In this document: positions 26,469 through 36,242 of the stretch, in pieces
Numbering within the stretch: position 1 is the first letter of the stretch
How the letters are laid out: each line of letters begins with the position of its first letter
Origin: Gemmatimonadota bacterium
Lineage (GTDB): Bacteria; Gemmatimonadota; Gemmatimonadetes; Palauibacterales; KS3-K002
Direction of reading: 5' to 3'
Length of the DNA: 64,000 nt
Assembly (NCBI GenBank): GCA_039586795.1
Contig: JBDHJS010000001.1
Coordinates: 128,001-192,000, forward strand
The notes under the pieces: generated by a model
The model's input: the letters and a program-made list of their open reading frames with translations, nothing else
Databases searched by the model: none
What the model was told of the DNA's origin: nothing
Made by a program: the position numbers and the translations under genes

Positions 26469-29030
26469 TTAGCGGTTCGACACGATGAGTTTGCGCGTCT
26501 CGACCACAGTGCCAGCCCGCATGCGCATCACGTAGAGTCCGGCGCCGACCAACGTGCCCCGATCGCTTCGCCCGTCCCAGCGAATTGCGTGACGACCTGG
26601 CGCGAGGTCCTCGGCCATCACCGTGCGTATCTTCTGGCCACGCACGTTGAAGACCTCCACGACCACGTGCACCGTTCCGCTTGAGCCGACGATTCCTGAC
26701 TCACCCGACAGGGATGGCGTCGTTGGCTGCGGAATCTCCAGATCGAGCTGTGTACCCGATAGTCCGATAGGGTTCGGGTAGGGCTCGCTCAACCGGAACC
26801 GGTTCGGCATCGTTGTCAGCGTTGCCGTTCCCACGTTCGCGCTCCGGACGATGCCGAGCAGATCGGCGAGGCGCATCTGTGTCAGCTCGAGACCCGGGTC
26901 CTCGTCGTCGGAGCCCTGCATGAAGACGGGCAGGCGCATCAACGGCCCTTCTCCGGCTGCGAGCACGTCGCCGGCCTCACCGTACACGAGCACGATCAGC
27001 TCGCCGCCGAGGTCGCGAGACTGTAACCGGAAGCCGTTCGCCCGGTCCGTCAGCTCCGGTGTGCCTACCCGCACCCGGCCAGGATCGTACTCGATGCGCG
27101 CCTGGATCCCGGCTGTGCCGGTGCCCAGGTCTGCCTCGAGCATCACGGTCCTCTGGCCGGTGATCGGGTCGACGGGCGCCTCATCGAGGCGCGCGACTCC
27201 TCGCACGCTCGTTGCCGCCGGGGCAGCGGCGAGCAGCTGAGCAGGTCCAGGGCCGAGAATCAGGTTGACGATGCACACGACGTCGCCGATATCCAGCGAG
27301 GTATCCGGTGTGCAGTCTGCCGAGACAAACTCCAGCGCCGTGGGTGTGCTGATCTCGAGGATGAAGTCGACCAGCAGGACCACATCTGCGACGTTGATCA
27401 CGCCGTCGTCGTTGATATCACCCAGGGTAGTCGGGATGACCTGACCGAACCACGTGCCCCATGTGCTGCTGGGGTCTTTCGCGTATTCGGCGAACATCCA
27501 GATGCGATTGCCGGCAGTGGGGTCGAGGGCGATTCCGTTGTAGTCACCCCACCGGTTCCGCCCGTCACTCGCCGTCCTTACATAGTTCGCCTCGCCCGCC
27601 TTCAATTCGGCGCTTGGCTGAAGCGCGACATCGGTCGGCGTGCGACCCGTGTACCGGATGCCGATATACTCATCGGTACACGACTGGTTGTAGACGATCA
27701 CCATGTTGCTGGCGGAGTCCGCCATGATGGCCGGGTAGTAGAGCCAGCAGTCATCGCTGCCGAACGAGACGTCCTCCAACACCGTTGGTCCGGTAACGTC
27801 GATCCGCACGTAGCGCGCGCGCGCGAACTGACCCGTGGCATCGGCTACGCTGTGGGCAGTCCATATCGAGCCGTCACGGTAGACGGCGTTCCGTACCCGC
27901 GGGCCGCCGACATCGATGGCCGTGGTCGAGCCGCCCAGTTGGTCAGCGTCGGGCGGCACGAGACGCGACGTGGTCGCGACGTTCGTTGCCGTCAGTGTCG
28001 GCGTAGGGCTGGTGGGATTGGTGAGCGACCAGAGCGTCATCGTCGTGCCGGTAACGAACGGCGAATCATTGATCAGATACTCGACGCCCGGCGTGCCGAA
28101 GGTATGAGCCGGTCGCACCGTGAACACCGAGACTGTCGTGAAGCTTGGATCGCGCAGGTCCCAGAAGTCGGTCCATGTGACTGCGGGACATGCCGGGTCG
28201 TAAAGTGTCGATTTAGGGAGGATGCGGAGCTTTACGTAACGGAATATTCCGTTGGTCCAGCTGAACTGGTTTCCGGAGATGTAGACGGCGTCCTGGTCGA
28301 ACCCAACGCCCTGGTAGTCGATACCGGTGGAGTCCGGGGTCGTGCCGTTCGTGTTGCCCGGCATCACCCAGTTGCACCAGTTGCCGTTGGGGTCGGAGTC
28401 ATCGGACACCGACACGAGGATCTCGGAGAACGACACGAAGTCGCCGGCGATCCACACCATGACCCAACGGTCGGCAAAGTGATCGTAGAAGACCTTCGGG
28501 TCGAACGCGTTGTTGGTCGGTGACACGTTGGAGTACCACGACCGTGCGTTTACCTGCTGGAGATTAGTGCCCGTCTTGTCAAAGATGGCGAATACCGTGT
28601 TCACGAGGCCCATCAAGTGATTGGGACCGGCCGCCACGATCGGGTCCGGCGGAATGAATGAGGTTTGGTTAATGCCCGAAAAATCGGTCACGAGACCGGG
28701 CGCCCGAGCACCGGTTGGAGCTCGGAGCATGAGCAGTCGACTCAGATCATCCTGCTCGTTCGAGCCGACGGGCGCTGAACGCATCAGCCCAATCGGATCG
28801 GCCCTCAGATCGATGTGGTGCTTGGGAGCGCGCCAGATGTCGAACGGCGCCGACGGCGCCATGGCTGGAAACGACCCGGTGCTGGTGACCATCCCCGCCG
28901 CCGACGTGCCCTGCGCCGGGCCTTGAGAGGTCTGGGCAGTCGTCTCAGCGGGTAGCGCGATGACTGTCAGCCACGAAAGGACGATACCGACTGCTACCGC
29001 GTTTGCTCTCTTACCCATGTCACGCTCCAA
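26469..29030 (-). CDS. Secreted protein with unknown beta-rich N-domain, dockerin-like, cohesin-like and FlgD-Ig/T9SS-CTD-like domains
   Basis: Signal peptide; PPDP..AAGPNH, DPKVFYD and RWGDY; GDINDDGVINVADVVLLVDFIL...ADCTPDTSLDIGDVVCIVNLIL; GIQARIEYDP; YPNP...VFNVRGQKIRT...WDGR...GLYVMRM...TRKLIV. Confidence 0.8.
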   Translation of the reverse strand: MERDMGKRANAVAVGIVLSWLTVIALPAETTAQTSQGPAQGTSAAGMVTSTGSFPAMAPSAPFDIWRAPKHHIDLRADPIGLMRSAPVGSNEQDDLSRLLMLRAPTGARAPGLVTDFSGINQTSFIPPDPIVAAGPNHLMGLVNTVFAIFDKTGTNLQQVNARSWYSNVSPTNNAFDPKVFYDHFADRWVMVWIAGDFVSFSEILVSVSDDSDPNGNWCNWVMPGNTNGTTPDSTGIDYQGVGFDQDAVYISGNQFSWTNGIFRYVKLRILPKSTLYDPACPAVTWTDFWDLRDPSFTTVSVFTVRPAHTFGTPGVEYLINDSPFVTGTTMTLWSLTNPTSPTPTLTATNVATTSRLVPPDADQLGGSTTAIDVGGPRVRNAVYRDGSIWTAHSVADATGQFARARYVRIDVTGPTVLEDVSFGSDDCWLYYPAIMADSASNMVIVYNQSCTDEYIGIRYTGRTPTDVALQPSAELKAGEANYVRTASDGRNRWGDYNGIALDPTAGNRIWMFAEYAKDPSSTWGTWFGQVIPTTLGDINDDGVINVADVVLLVDFILEISTPTALEFVSADCTPDTSLDIGDVVCIVNLILGPGPAQLLAAAPAATSVRGVARLDEAPVDPITGQRTVMLEADLGTGTAGIQARIEYDPGRVRVGTPELTDRANGFRLQSRDLGGELIVLVYGEAGDVLAAGEGPLMRLPVFMQGSDDEDPGLELTQMRLADLLGIVRSANVGTATLTTMPNRFRLSEPYPNPIGLSGTQLDLEIPQPTTPSLSGESGIVGSSGTVHVVVEVFNVRGQKIRTVMAEDLAPGRHAIRWDGRSDRGTLVGAGLYVMRMRAGTVVETRKLIVSNR

Positions 29031-29152
29031 GCGATTCTCTGTTTGTGTCCGTCAAGCTCGTACCAACGCCTGACTCTACTGTAGTCCTATCAGCTCCGCT
29101 GCGGCGCGTTTTGCGGCACACACAGCGCGCCAATACCCGGAACCCGCTGATG

Positions 29153-29665
29153 CTAGCGGGCGCCAGAATCGAATCTCATTTCGACCTGGGTGTATTCTCC
29201 CGGCCGAACGGTGAAAGGCAGGGGCTGAGCGCGGGGCTCGTGGACGAGCTGGGCGCTCTCCGGAATCAGTATGTAGTCACCGGGATCGAGCGAAAGTCGG
29301 AATCTCCCGTCTTCGCCGGACGAGATTGTCGCAACCGTATCACCGGATTCTGAGTGGCGGACCACCAAGCGAGTGCTGTACGGCCGGTCCGGGCAGTCCT
29401 GACCTTCCTCTTGGGCGGGACAGCGAGGCCCCAGAGTGACCAACCCCTGGACACCCGATTCCGAATCACTCTTGTTCGTCATCGCGTCCGCCGTGATCAA
29501 CTCGTTTGCCGTGCCAGCCGTCTCATCGAGGTTCTCTTCCCCGGCAGCGCTCGGTTCTTCTACGGCATCCGGTACGTCTGGCCGCTCTTCGTCCCCCGAC
29601 CGGCATGCGGCCAATCCAACCAGTAGAGCGAGGGCCAGTACTGGGCCGAGTTTTGGGAGCATCAT
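29153..29665 (-). CDS. Lipoprotein with carboxypeptidase-regulatory-like beta domain
   Basis: Lipobox GLAAC; GLVTLGPRCP...CPDRP...DGRFRLSLDPGDY. Confidence 0.7.
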   Translation of the reverse strand: MMLPKLGPVLALALLVGLAACRSGDEERPDVPDAVEEPSAAGEENLDETAGTANELITADAMTNKSDSESGVQGLVTLGPRCPAQEEGQDCPDRPYSTRLVVRHSESGDTVATISSGEDGRFRLSLDPGDYILIPESAQLVHEPRAQPLPFTVRPGEYTQVEMRFDSGAR

Positions 29666-29855
29666 TCCTCCGCGTGGCCTTCACGAACTGGAACGGCTAC
29701 CAACTACGCCCCAGCCTACAGGGACGAATGAGAACAGGGAGAGCGACAAGGTTTGCCGGCGACTACGGTCGCGGCGCATAAGTAGATCTCAATATAGTGC
29801 AAGCGTCGTTTCGGGACAGGGCCCGAAACGACGGCGAAGGGGACAGGGAAGGTGC

Positions 29856-30461
29856 TCAGAACCAGGTATCGACCGTACCGGCGATCTTCTCGTAGCCCAC
29901 AAACTTACCGTCCGCCACGGACAGTCGGCCGAGGAAGTCGTGCCCGAACCGCGTACGAATGAAGTGCTCAATCGGCTCGCCGACGAAGGCGGCCACGAGA
30001 CCCGCGATGACGCCTGCGTGAGTCACGAGCAACACCGACTCTTTCCCGTGGCGTGACTCCAGCCTCCTGGTGAACTCAACCGCTCGAGCCTGCACCTCAT
30101 CCCAAGATTCGCCGCCCGGGTAGCGGAACTGGCCAAGCACGGCTTCCGTGGGCACGCGCTCGCGAACCTCCTTGAAGGAGAGACCCTCGAACTCGCCGGC
30201 ATCGATCTCCGAGAGCGCGACCTCGGTCTCCAGTGGGATCTGTTGCTGCAACGTGTCGAGCACGAGGGCAGCCGTTCGCTGCGTACGGGCCTGGGGGCTG
30301 ACGTATATGCGGGAGAGGTGGAGACCGTTGAGGTGCTCGGCGACCTGGATGGGGTGTTGCTTTCCGGCCTCGGTGAACGGTGAGTCCCCACGGCCCATCA
30401 GGATCTGCCCGACGTTCGCCTCGGTCTCACCGTGCCGCATGATGTAAGCATTGAGTGTCAT
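29856..30461 (-). CDS. Histidine phosphatase (phosphoglycerate mutase) family protein
   Basis: RHGET, SPQARTQRT, EIDAGEFEG, PGGES and VTHAG; the ORF extension upstream runs through repeats. Confidence 0.9.
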   Translation of the reverse strand: MTLNAYIMRHGETEANVGQILMGRGDSPFTEAGKQHPIQVAEHLNGLHLSRIYVSPQARTQRTAALVLDTLQQQIPLETEVALSEIDAGEFEGLSFKEVRERVPTEAVLGQFRYPGGESWDEVQARAVEFTRRLESRHGKESVLLVTHAGVIAGLVAAFVGEPIEHFIRTRFGHDFLGRLSVADGKFVGYEKIAGTVDTWF

Positions 30462-30506
30462 GAGACCAATCCTAATCATCATTCTCGGCTTGGGAAGTAG
30501 GAAGAG

Positions 30507-30770
30507 GATAGACGATAGAGGATAGACGACAGCCGACAGCCAACGCTCGACGCCCGAGTAAACATCTCGCCGACCGACGCCCGATGACCGACGTGCGTCG
30601 GACGACGTTCTCGAGTATCGAGGGTCGGCTGATGATCGCGAGCGTCGAACGTCGAGCGTAGGGCGTCGATCGCCGAATAGGATTCGGGCGTCGAGCGGTG
30701 GCTGTCGGCTGTCGGCTGTCGAAATAGTCCCGGACGTCGAGCGCCGGCTGTCCGCTGTCGGCTGTCGAGT
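30507..30770. repeat. Heptamer-based imperfect palindromic element
   Basis: TAGACGA/CAGCCGA units on the left arm and GCTGTCG units on the right; 30528-30559 is the near reverse complement of ~30683-30713. Confidence 0.8.
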
Positions 30771-30872
30771 AATCCCTTCCTTTTTCGGCCCTTGCTCAGA
30801 GCCTGAATCTCTCCTACGTTGCCGCGCTTCCTCAAGCGAAATTCCCACATGTGCACGCGTCAGGAGAGCGAT

Positions 30873-32339
30873 ATGCTACACACGACGATCATTGCGCTCT
30901 ACGTCTTGCTGCTGTTCGGCGTGGCGCTGGCGAAATCGCGCAAGATCAAGACCCAGGACGACTTCATGGTGGCGGGCCGGCACGTGCCGGTACTGCTGTT
31001 GGTCGGCACGCTGGTTTGCACGTGGATCGGCTCGGGCAGTCTGTTCGGAGGGGCCGGGCTGGCCTTTCGAAACGGCTTCTCGCAACTGTGGATGAGCGCC
31101 GGCGCCTGGGTGGGCATCGCCGTTGTTTATTTCCTGGCGCACCGTGTGCGCCGGATCGCCCAGTATACCGTCCCGGACGTGCTGGAGAAGCGTTACAACA
31201 AATGGGCGAGGATCCTGGGCACGATCGCCGTGATCATCGCCTACGTGTCTATCGCCGGGTACCAGTTCCGGGGTGGCGGCCGGTTGCTGAATATCATCAC
31301 GGAAGGTGGGATCAGCCCCGAGACCGGCGCCCTGATTACCTGCATCGTGATCATCGTCTTCACACTGCTCGCCGGCATGGTGTCGATCGTATCGATCGAC
31401 TTATTCAATGGCATCGTGATGACGGGGGCGATCCTGCTTGCGGTGCCATTCGCTCTGGACGCGGCGGGAGGTTGGACCGAGGTAACGACGACGCTACCAG
31501 CCGACCACTTTCAGGTCTTCGGCAGCAGGGATTGGCTGTGGGCGGTTGGGGTCTTCTTCCCGACGTTCTTCTTGCTGCTGGGTGAGAGCAGCATATACCA
31601 GAAGTTCTTCTCCGCCGAAAGCGAGTCCGCTGCACGCAAAGCGGTCATCGGCATGATCCTCGGTGTGGTGATACTGGAGACCCTGCTGGCCGCCGTGGCG
31701 GTCATCGGATCGAGCATCTATTGGGCCGACTCCGCGTTCGCGGATTCCGCAGTCACCGAGACCATCGTTCTTCAGCTGGCGGCGACCAACCTGCCCGCGC
31801 TGATGGGGGCGCTGCTGCTGGCGGGCGGCGTGGCGATCATCCTGTCGACCGGAAACACGTTCCTGATGATCCCGTCAACGAATCTGACGCGGGATATCTA
31901 CCAGCGTTTCATCAATCCGGAAGTCGGCGACAAGGCGATCATTCGCTTTCAGAGAATCATGATCGTGGTACTGGGTCTGAGCGCGCTTCTCATGGCAACC
32001 CAGTTCACGACGATCCTGGCGATGGCCTTCACCGCGTACACGATGGTGGGCGCCGGCATTACTCCGGCTTTACTCGCCTCGTTCCTGTGGAAGCGCACGA
32101 CGACGGCGGGCGGCGTGGCCTCAATCGCCTCCGGTATGGGTGTGACCCTGTTCATCACAATCGTAAATTGGTTCGCCGAGCGCAGCAGCGGCCACCCGTG
32201 GCTCGAGACCGACTACATCATCATTCCCGCAGCCAGCGCGTCGATTATCGCGTTGGTCGGCGTCAGCCTGTTGACACCCAAGCCACCGGCAGAAAAGTGG
32301 GAGCCTTTCTACGCCGCCGGAAAGGAGACGGTCTCGTAG
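30873..32339 (+). CDS. Sodium:solute symporter (SSS) family
   Basis: DFMVAGR, TWIGSG, YTVPDVLEKRY, AGMVSI and YQKFFSA; many TM helices; AGGAG RBS. Confidence 0.92.
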   Translation: MLHTTIIALYVLLLFGVALAKSRKIKTQDDFMVAGRHVPVLLLVGTLVCTWIGSGSLFGGAGLAFRNGFSQLWMSAGAWVGIAVVYFLAHRVRRIAQYTVPDVLEKRYNKWARILGTIAVIIAYVSIAGYQFRGGGRLLNIITEGGISPETGALITCIVIIVFTLLAGMVSIVSIDLFNGIVMTGAILLAVPFALDAAGGWTEVTTTLPADHFQVFGSRDWLWAVGVFFPTFFLLLGESSIYQKFFSAESESAARKAVIGMILGVVILETLLAAVAVIGSSIYWADSAFADSAVTETIVLQLAATNLPALMGALLLAGGVAIILSTGNTFLMIPSTNLTRDIYQRFINPEVGDKAIIRFQRIMIVVLGLSALLMATQFTTILAMAFTAYTMVGAGITPALLASFLWKRTTTAGGVASIASGMGVTLFITIVNWFAERSSGHPWLETDYIIIPAASASIIALVGVSLLTPKPPAEKWEPFYAAGKETVS

Positions 32340-32350
32340 CGTAACGACAG

Positions 32351-32437
32351 GCGAGCGTCGAACGACGAGCGTCGAATGTCGATCGCCGAAGAGGATTCGG
32401 TCGTCGAGCGGTGGCTGTCCGCTGTCGGCTGTCGAAA
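32351..32437. repeat. Second copy of the 87-bp element at 30638-30724 (direct repeat)
   Basis: Ungapped alignment with 8 mismatches in 87 nt by manual count. Confidence 0.85.
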
Positions 32438-32467
32438 AAAGTCGGCCGTCGCTGAAAGCGACGGCCG
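32435..32467 (-). terminator. Rho-independent terminator of the PspA-like gene
   Basis: CGGCCGTCGCT-GAA-AGCGACGGCCG stem with A6 on the + strand (U-tract on the - strand). Confidence 0.75.
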
Positions 32468-32495
32468 TCCTAATAACTCAGAGTAGAAGCCGGGC

Positions 32496-33185
32496 CTAGT
32501 CTTCTTCGATTTCCTTCTTGAGCTCGAGCAGCCGGCGCTCGATCTCGTCCGCCTCTTTCGCCGCCTCTAGCTTGCGCAGCTCCATGTCAGTTTCGATATG
32601 CTCAGACGGCGTCCGTTCGCCCAGAGCTTCGGCAAGCTCGCGTTCCGCAGCCGCCATATCCTCTGCCATCTCGATGTCTTCTTCGGCGCGCTCGTACCGC
32701 TTCAGACTGCTCTCCGGCCCGCGGATCGCCTCATCCAGCTTGCGCGCCGTCGTCGTCCGACGCGAGCGCGCGAGAAGAGCGCTACGGTTGCGCTCCGCAT
32801 CTTTCATCTGCTCCAGTTTGAGCTCGTACTCGTCCTGGAGTCGGCCCAGTTCCTCGCGCATTTCGTCCGCCTGGCGACGCAGTTGCTCGGCATGATCCAG
32901 CGCGTCGCGTGCCGCCTCGGTAGCGCTGTGAGCTTCGTCGGACCGGCCGGCGGCCTGGGCTTCCTTGCCCTTGTTGTGCGCCAACTCCGCGCGCTGAACC
33001 TGCTGGCCCGCACGCCGGTCCGCCTCTCGCACATCCTTCTCGAGGCGTGGGATGCGGGCGCGCATCTGGATCAGCTCATCCCGCATCTGATGGAGGAGGC
33101 GGTCGAGGTCGTCGCGGCTGAGGGGCCGGTCAGCCTCTTTGCGCTCGAGAGCGCGCTCGATCTTCTGTCGAAATCGTTTGAACAT
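32496..33185 (-). CDS. PspA/IM30-like coiled-coil protein
   Basis: 229 aa all-helical coiled coil; MFKR..., ALLARSR and terminal IERRLLELKKE resemble PspA. Confidence 0.65.
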   Translation of the reverse strand: MFKRFRQKIERALERKEADRPLSRDDLDRLLHQMRDELIQMRARIPRLEKDVREADRRAGQQVQRAELAHNKGKEAQAAGRSDEAHSATEAARDALDHAEQLRRQADEMREELGRLQDEYELKLEQMKDAERNRSALLARSRRTTTARKLDEAIRGPESSLKRYERAEEDIEMAEDMAAAERELAEALGERTPSEHIETDMELRKLEAAKEADEIERRLLELKKEIEED

Positions 33186-33243
33186 GAAGGCAATCTAAGG
33201 CCCCTTGCGGAGAGAATCGAGGCGAGCTAGTTTGCCTGAACAT

Positions 33244-33642
33244 ATGAGCGATTCTTCATACGTTTCCGACCGGAAGGCCCGCGATCCGCAACACCGCGGC
33301 GAACTCCACCTCGTCGACCCGGCGGCTGTCGAGGCCGTCCGCGCCGTGCTCTGCAACGAGGACGAGCTCACGCTGATCGCCGACACCTTCCAGATCCTGG
33401 CCAGCCCAACTCGACTACAGATCGTCAGAGCGCTATCCGGGCGCGAGCTCTGCGTCGGCGACCTGGCGGCGGCCGTGGATGCCAGTCCCTCGGCGGTTTC
33501 CCATCACCTCCGCCAACTCAGACAGATGCGGCTAGTGCGCCACCGCCGTGACGGGAAACTGACCTACTACTCGCTGGACGACGAGCATGTAGCGCGTCTG
33601 TTCGACCTCGGGCTGGAGCACGTTAGAGAGGAGTTAGACTGA
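33244..33642 (+). CDS. ArsR/SmtB family metalloregulator
   Basis: FQILASPTRLQI, ELCVGDL, SAVSHHLR and YSLDDEHV...EH (alpha5-type site). Confidence 0.92.
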   Translation: MSDSSYVSDRKARDPQHRGELHLVDPAAVEAVRAVLCNEDELTLIADTFQILASPTRLQIVRALSGRELCVGDLAAAVDASPSAVSHHLRQLRQMRLVRHRRDGKLTYYSLDDEHVARLFDLGLEHVREELD

Positions 33643-33643
33643 A

Positions 33644-35848
33644 GTGGCCAGTCGCCAAACGCAGCCCGCCACGGAGCTGGTGCTGGGCGTGCCCGACATG
33701 GACTGCGCGAACTGCGCACGTCGAATCTCGGAGCGCTTGGAAAAACTCGACGGCGTTTCAAAGGTCGACACACGCATCGTCGCGAAGGACGTGCGAGTCG
33801 AGTTCGATCCCGCGCTCACCGCGGAAGGCACGCTGGAAGATGCGGTGCGCTCGCTGGGCTACACCGTGGAGCGAGACGGGCGTGAGTCTCAAACGGTTGA
33901 GCGACAGACCCTCTGGAGAAGCGCGGAAGCATTTCGTACCTACGCATCAGGCACAGCGATCGCGCTAGGTCTTCTACTCCGCCTGCTGGGTGCCAGTCCA
34001 CTGCTGGCAACCGTTTCCGCTCTCCCGGGAATACTCTGGAGGCTGGATGTCGGCGCGGTGTTGTTCGTTTTCGCCGCCCTGATCGGCGGATTGAATTTCT
34101 TCTCCAAGGGATTGCGAGCCGCGCGGATGGTGCGGCTCGACATGAACTTCCTGATGACGGTGGCCATCTTCGGCGCGCTGGCAGTAGGCGAGTTCGTGGA
34201 AGCTGGAAGCATCGCCTTCCTATTCGGGCTCGCCGAGTTGTTGGAGCGCCACTCGGTGGAACGCGCGCGACGCTCCATCGAGCAACTACTTAATCTGGCC
34301 CCTGCAACAGCACGCGTGCAGCGCAACGGCGAAGTGTTGATCGTCCCTGTCGAGACATTGGAGCCGGGAGACATCGTGCAGGTTTTGCCCGGCGAGAAGG
34401 TCCCGATCGACGGAGTGGTTCTGGACGGAGTATCAGCCGTGGACCAAAGCCCGATCACCGGCGAATCGATGCCGGTCAACAAGTCGCCGTCAGACACGGT
34501 TTACGCCGGAACGATGAACCACCAGGGTTATCTGGAGATCGAGGCCGCAAAACGGGCCGGCGATACAACTCTTGCGCATATCATCCATCTGGTGGAGGAG
34601 GCTGAAGCGTCCCGCGCACCGAGCGAACGCTTCGTCGATGTATTCGCCCGCTACTATACGCCTGCGGTTACGATCCTCGCCGTTACCGTCATGCTCGTAC
34701 CACCGCTGGTTATCGGCGCGTCGTTCTCCACATGGTTCGTGCGCGGACTAACGTTGCTCGTCATCTCTTGCCCCTGCGCGCTGGTAATATCGACCCCGGT
34801 AGCGGTAGTCAGCGGGATCACCAGCGCTGCCAGAAACGGAGTCCTGATCAAGGGCGGCGTACATTTGGAAGCGCTGGCCGGTGTGCGCGCTGTGGCGTTC
34901 GACAAGACCGGAACACTTACCAAAGGCGAGTTGCGGGTGGTCGACATGGTGGTCGCCGAAGACTCGGAATTGGCAACACAGGACTTGCTAGCCATCGCCT
35001 CGGCGATCGAAGCCCGATCAGAGCATCCCATAGCGGAAGCGATCCGTCGACAAGCGGAAGAGCTCGATGCGAACTCTCAGACCCCGGTCTCCGATTTTGA
35101 GGCAGTCCCTGGCCGTGGCGCCCGGGCGCGATTGAATGGCTCTCTATTCCAGATTGGGAGGCCTGAGTTCTTCGGAGACCTTGTCGAGGCCTGGCGCTCA
35201 GAACTGGACCAACAGGCGGCAGCCGGTAACACGCCGATCTGCGTGGGCACCGAATCTTCTATCCTGGGCCTGATCGCCGTTGCTGATAGCGAGCGCGAAG
35301 AGGCGGCGCGAGTCATAGAGATGCTTCATGGTCTCGGAGTCCAGCGTATCGTGATGCTGACCGGCGACCACGAAGCCACAGCGCGGACGCTCGCCGAGAA
35401 GCTGGGGGTGGACGAGTTCCATGCCGGCCTGCTGCCCGGTGAGAAGGCCGTCAAGGTGCGCGAGATGGAGGAGCAGCTGGGAGCCCTGGCGATGATAGGC
35501 GACGGAGTGAACGACGCCCCGGCGCTGGCCGCGGCCACGATCGGCGTTGCCATGGGAGCGATGGCCAGCGACGTGGCTCTCGAAACCGCTGACGTGGCCA
35601 TTATGACGGATGACCTCAGCTGCCTGCCCTACCTGTTTCGACTTGCCCGAAGGAGCCATGCCGTGATCCGCGAAAACATCTTCGCGTCGATCGCCATCAA
35701 GTTCTCCCTGGCCGCTGGAGTGATACCTGGATGGGTAAATCTGATCACAGCTGTGCTGGTGGGAGACATGGGCGCCTCGCTCGCCGTCACCGGGAACGCC
35801 CTGCGCCTGGCTCGACTCGGCCGTCGATCGACTTCGGAGGACAAATAG
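33644..35848 (+). CDS. cadA: Heavy-metal P1B-type ATPase (Zn/Cd/Pb, CadA/ZntA-like)
   Basis: MDCANC HMA domain, TGES, SCPCAL, DKTGT, SEHP and GDGVND. Confidence 0.92.
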   Translation: MASRQTQPATELVLGVPDMDCANCARRISERLEKLDGVSKVDTRIVAKDVRVEFDPALTAEGTLEDAVRSLGYTVERDGRESQTVERQTLWRSAEAFRTYASGTAIALGLLLRLLGASPLLATVSALPGILWRLDVGAVLFVFAALIGGLNFFSKGLRAARMVRLDMNFLMTVAIFGALAVGEFVEAGSIAFLFGLAELLERHSVERARRSIEQLLNLAPATARVQRNGEVLIVPVETLEPGDIVQVLPGEKVPIDGVVLDGVSAVDQSPITGESMPVNKSPSDTVYAGTMNHQGYLEIEAAKRAGDTTLAHIIHLVEEAEASRAPSERFVDVFARYYTPAVTILAVTVMLVPPLVIGASFSTWFVRGLTLLVISCPCALVISTPVAVVSGITSAARNGVLIKGGVHLEALAGVRAVAFDKTGTLTKGELRVVDMVVAEDSELATQDLLAIASAIEARSEHPIAEAIRRQAEELDANSQTPVSDFEAVPGRGARARLNGSLFQIGRPEFFGDLVEAWRSELDQQAAAGNTPICVGTESSILGLIAVADSEREEAARVIEMLHGLGVQRIVMLTGDHEATARTLAEKLGVDEFHAGLLPGEKAVKVREMEEQLGALAMIGDGVNDAPALAAATIGVAMGAMASDVALETADVAIMTDDLSCLPYLFRLARRSHAVIRENIFASIAIKFSLAAGVIPGWVNLITAVLVGDMGASLAVTGNALRLARLGRRSTSEDK

Positions 35849-36094
35849 AACCGGGCAGACTACCGGTTCCTCGCAAATTGGCCCCAACCAGCATTCCGGT
35901 AGCCTGCCCAGGATAGTTCAAATCCGGCAGTATTTTCGCCCTCACCAAAGTGCACGCTTCATGCCAACCTCGACGGTGAAGCAAAACCCGTTGCGGGATC
36001 ATTGATTCTCCGCACGCGCCTGCCCTGAGGGGGTCCCGCTGGAGGGCGTAATGTCTCAGATGGGGACGCGGGGCTGCGCCCGAAAGTCCCCAAA

Positions 36095-36126
36095 TATCAA
36101 CAGCTTACGGCGGGCACAGCTCTTGC
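36095..36126 (+). promoter_or_regulatory. Candidate IHF site plus sigma54 promoter of the 19-heme cytochrome gene
   Basis: TATCAACAGCTTA fits WATCAA-N4-TTR; GGGCACAGCTCTTGC fits GG-N10-GC with CAC and TTGC. Confidence 0.55.
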
Positions 36127-36242
36127 CACATTTAACTTGATGAAACCGCTTCCGACCCGCAAACAGGCGGATTTCGGGCAGGCAAAAGAACACTGGGCCG
36201 GCTAAACGGCCGGAGCTTGCTAGCAGAATTGCAGCCGCCAAG

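Noticed and set aside
30462..30848. N-terminal extension of the histidine phosphatase ORF
   Set aside because: It is translated repeat DNA (TADSR units); the RHG motif places the true start near 30461.
30638..32437. Possible IS, composite transposon or DGR template/variable repeat pair
   Set aside because: No transposase or reverse transcriptase in the window; both copies are intergenic and the mismatches are not confined to adenines.
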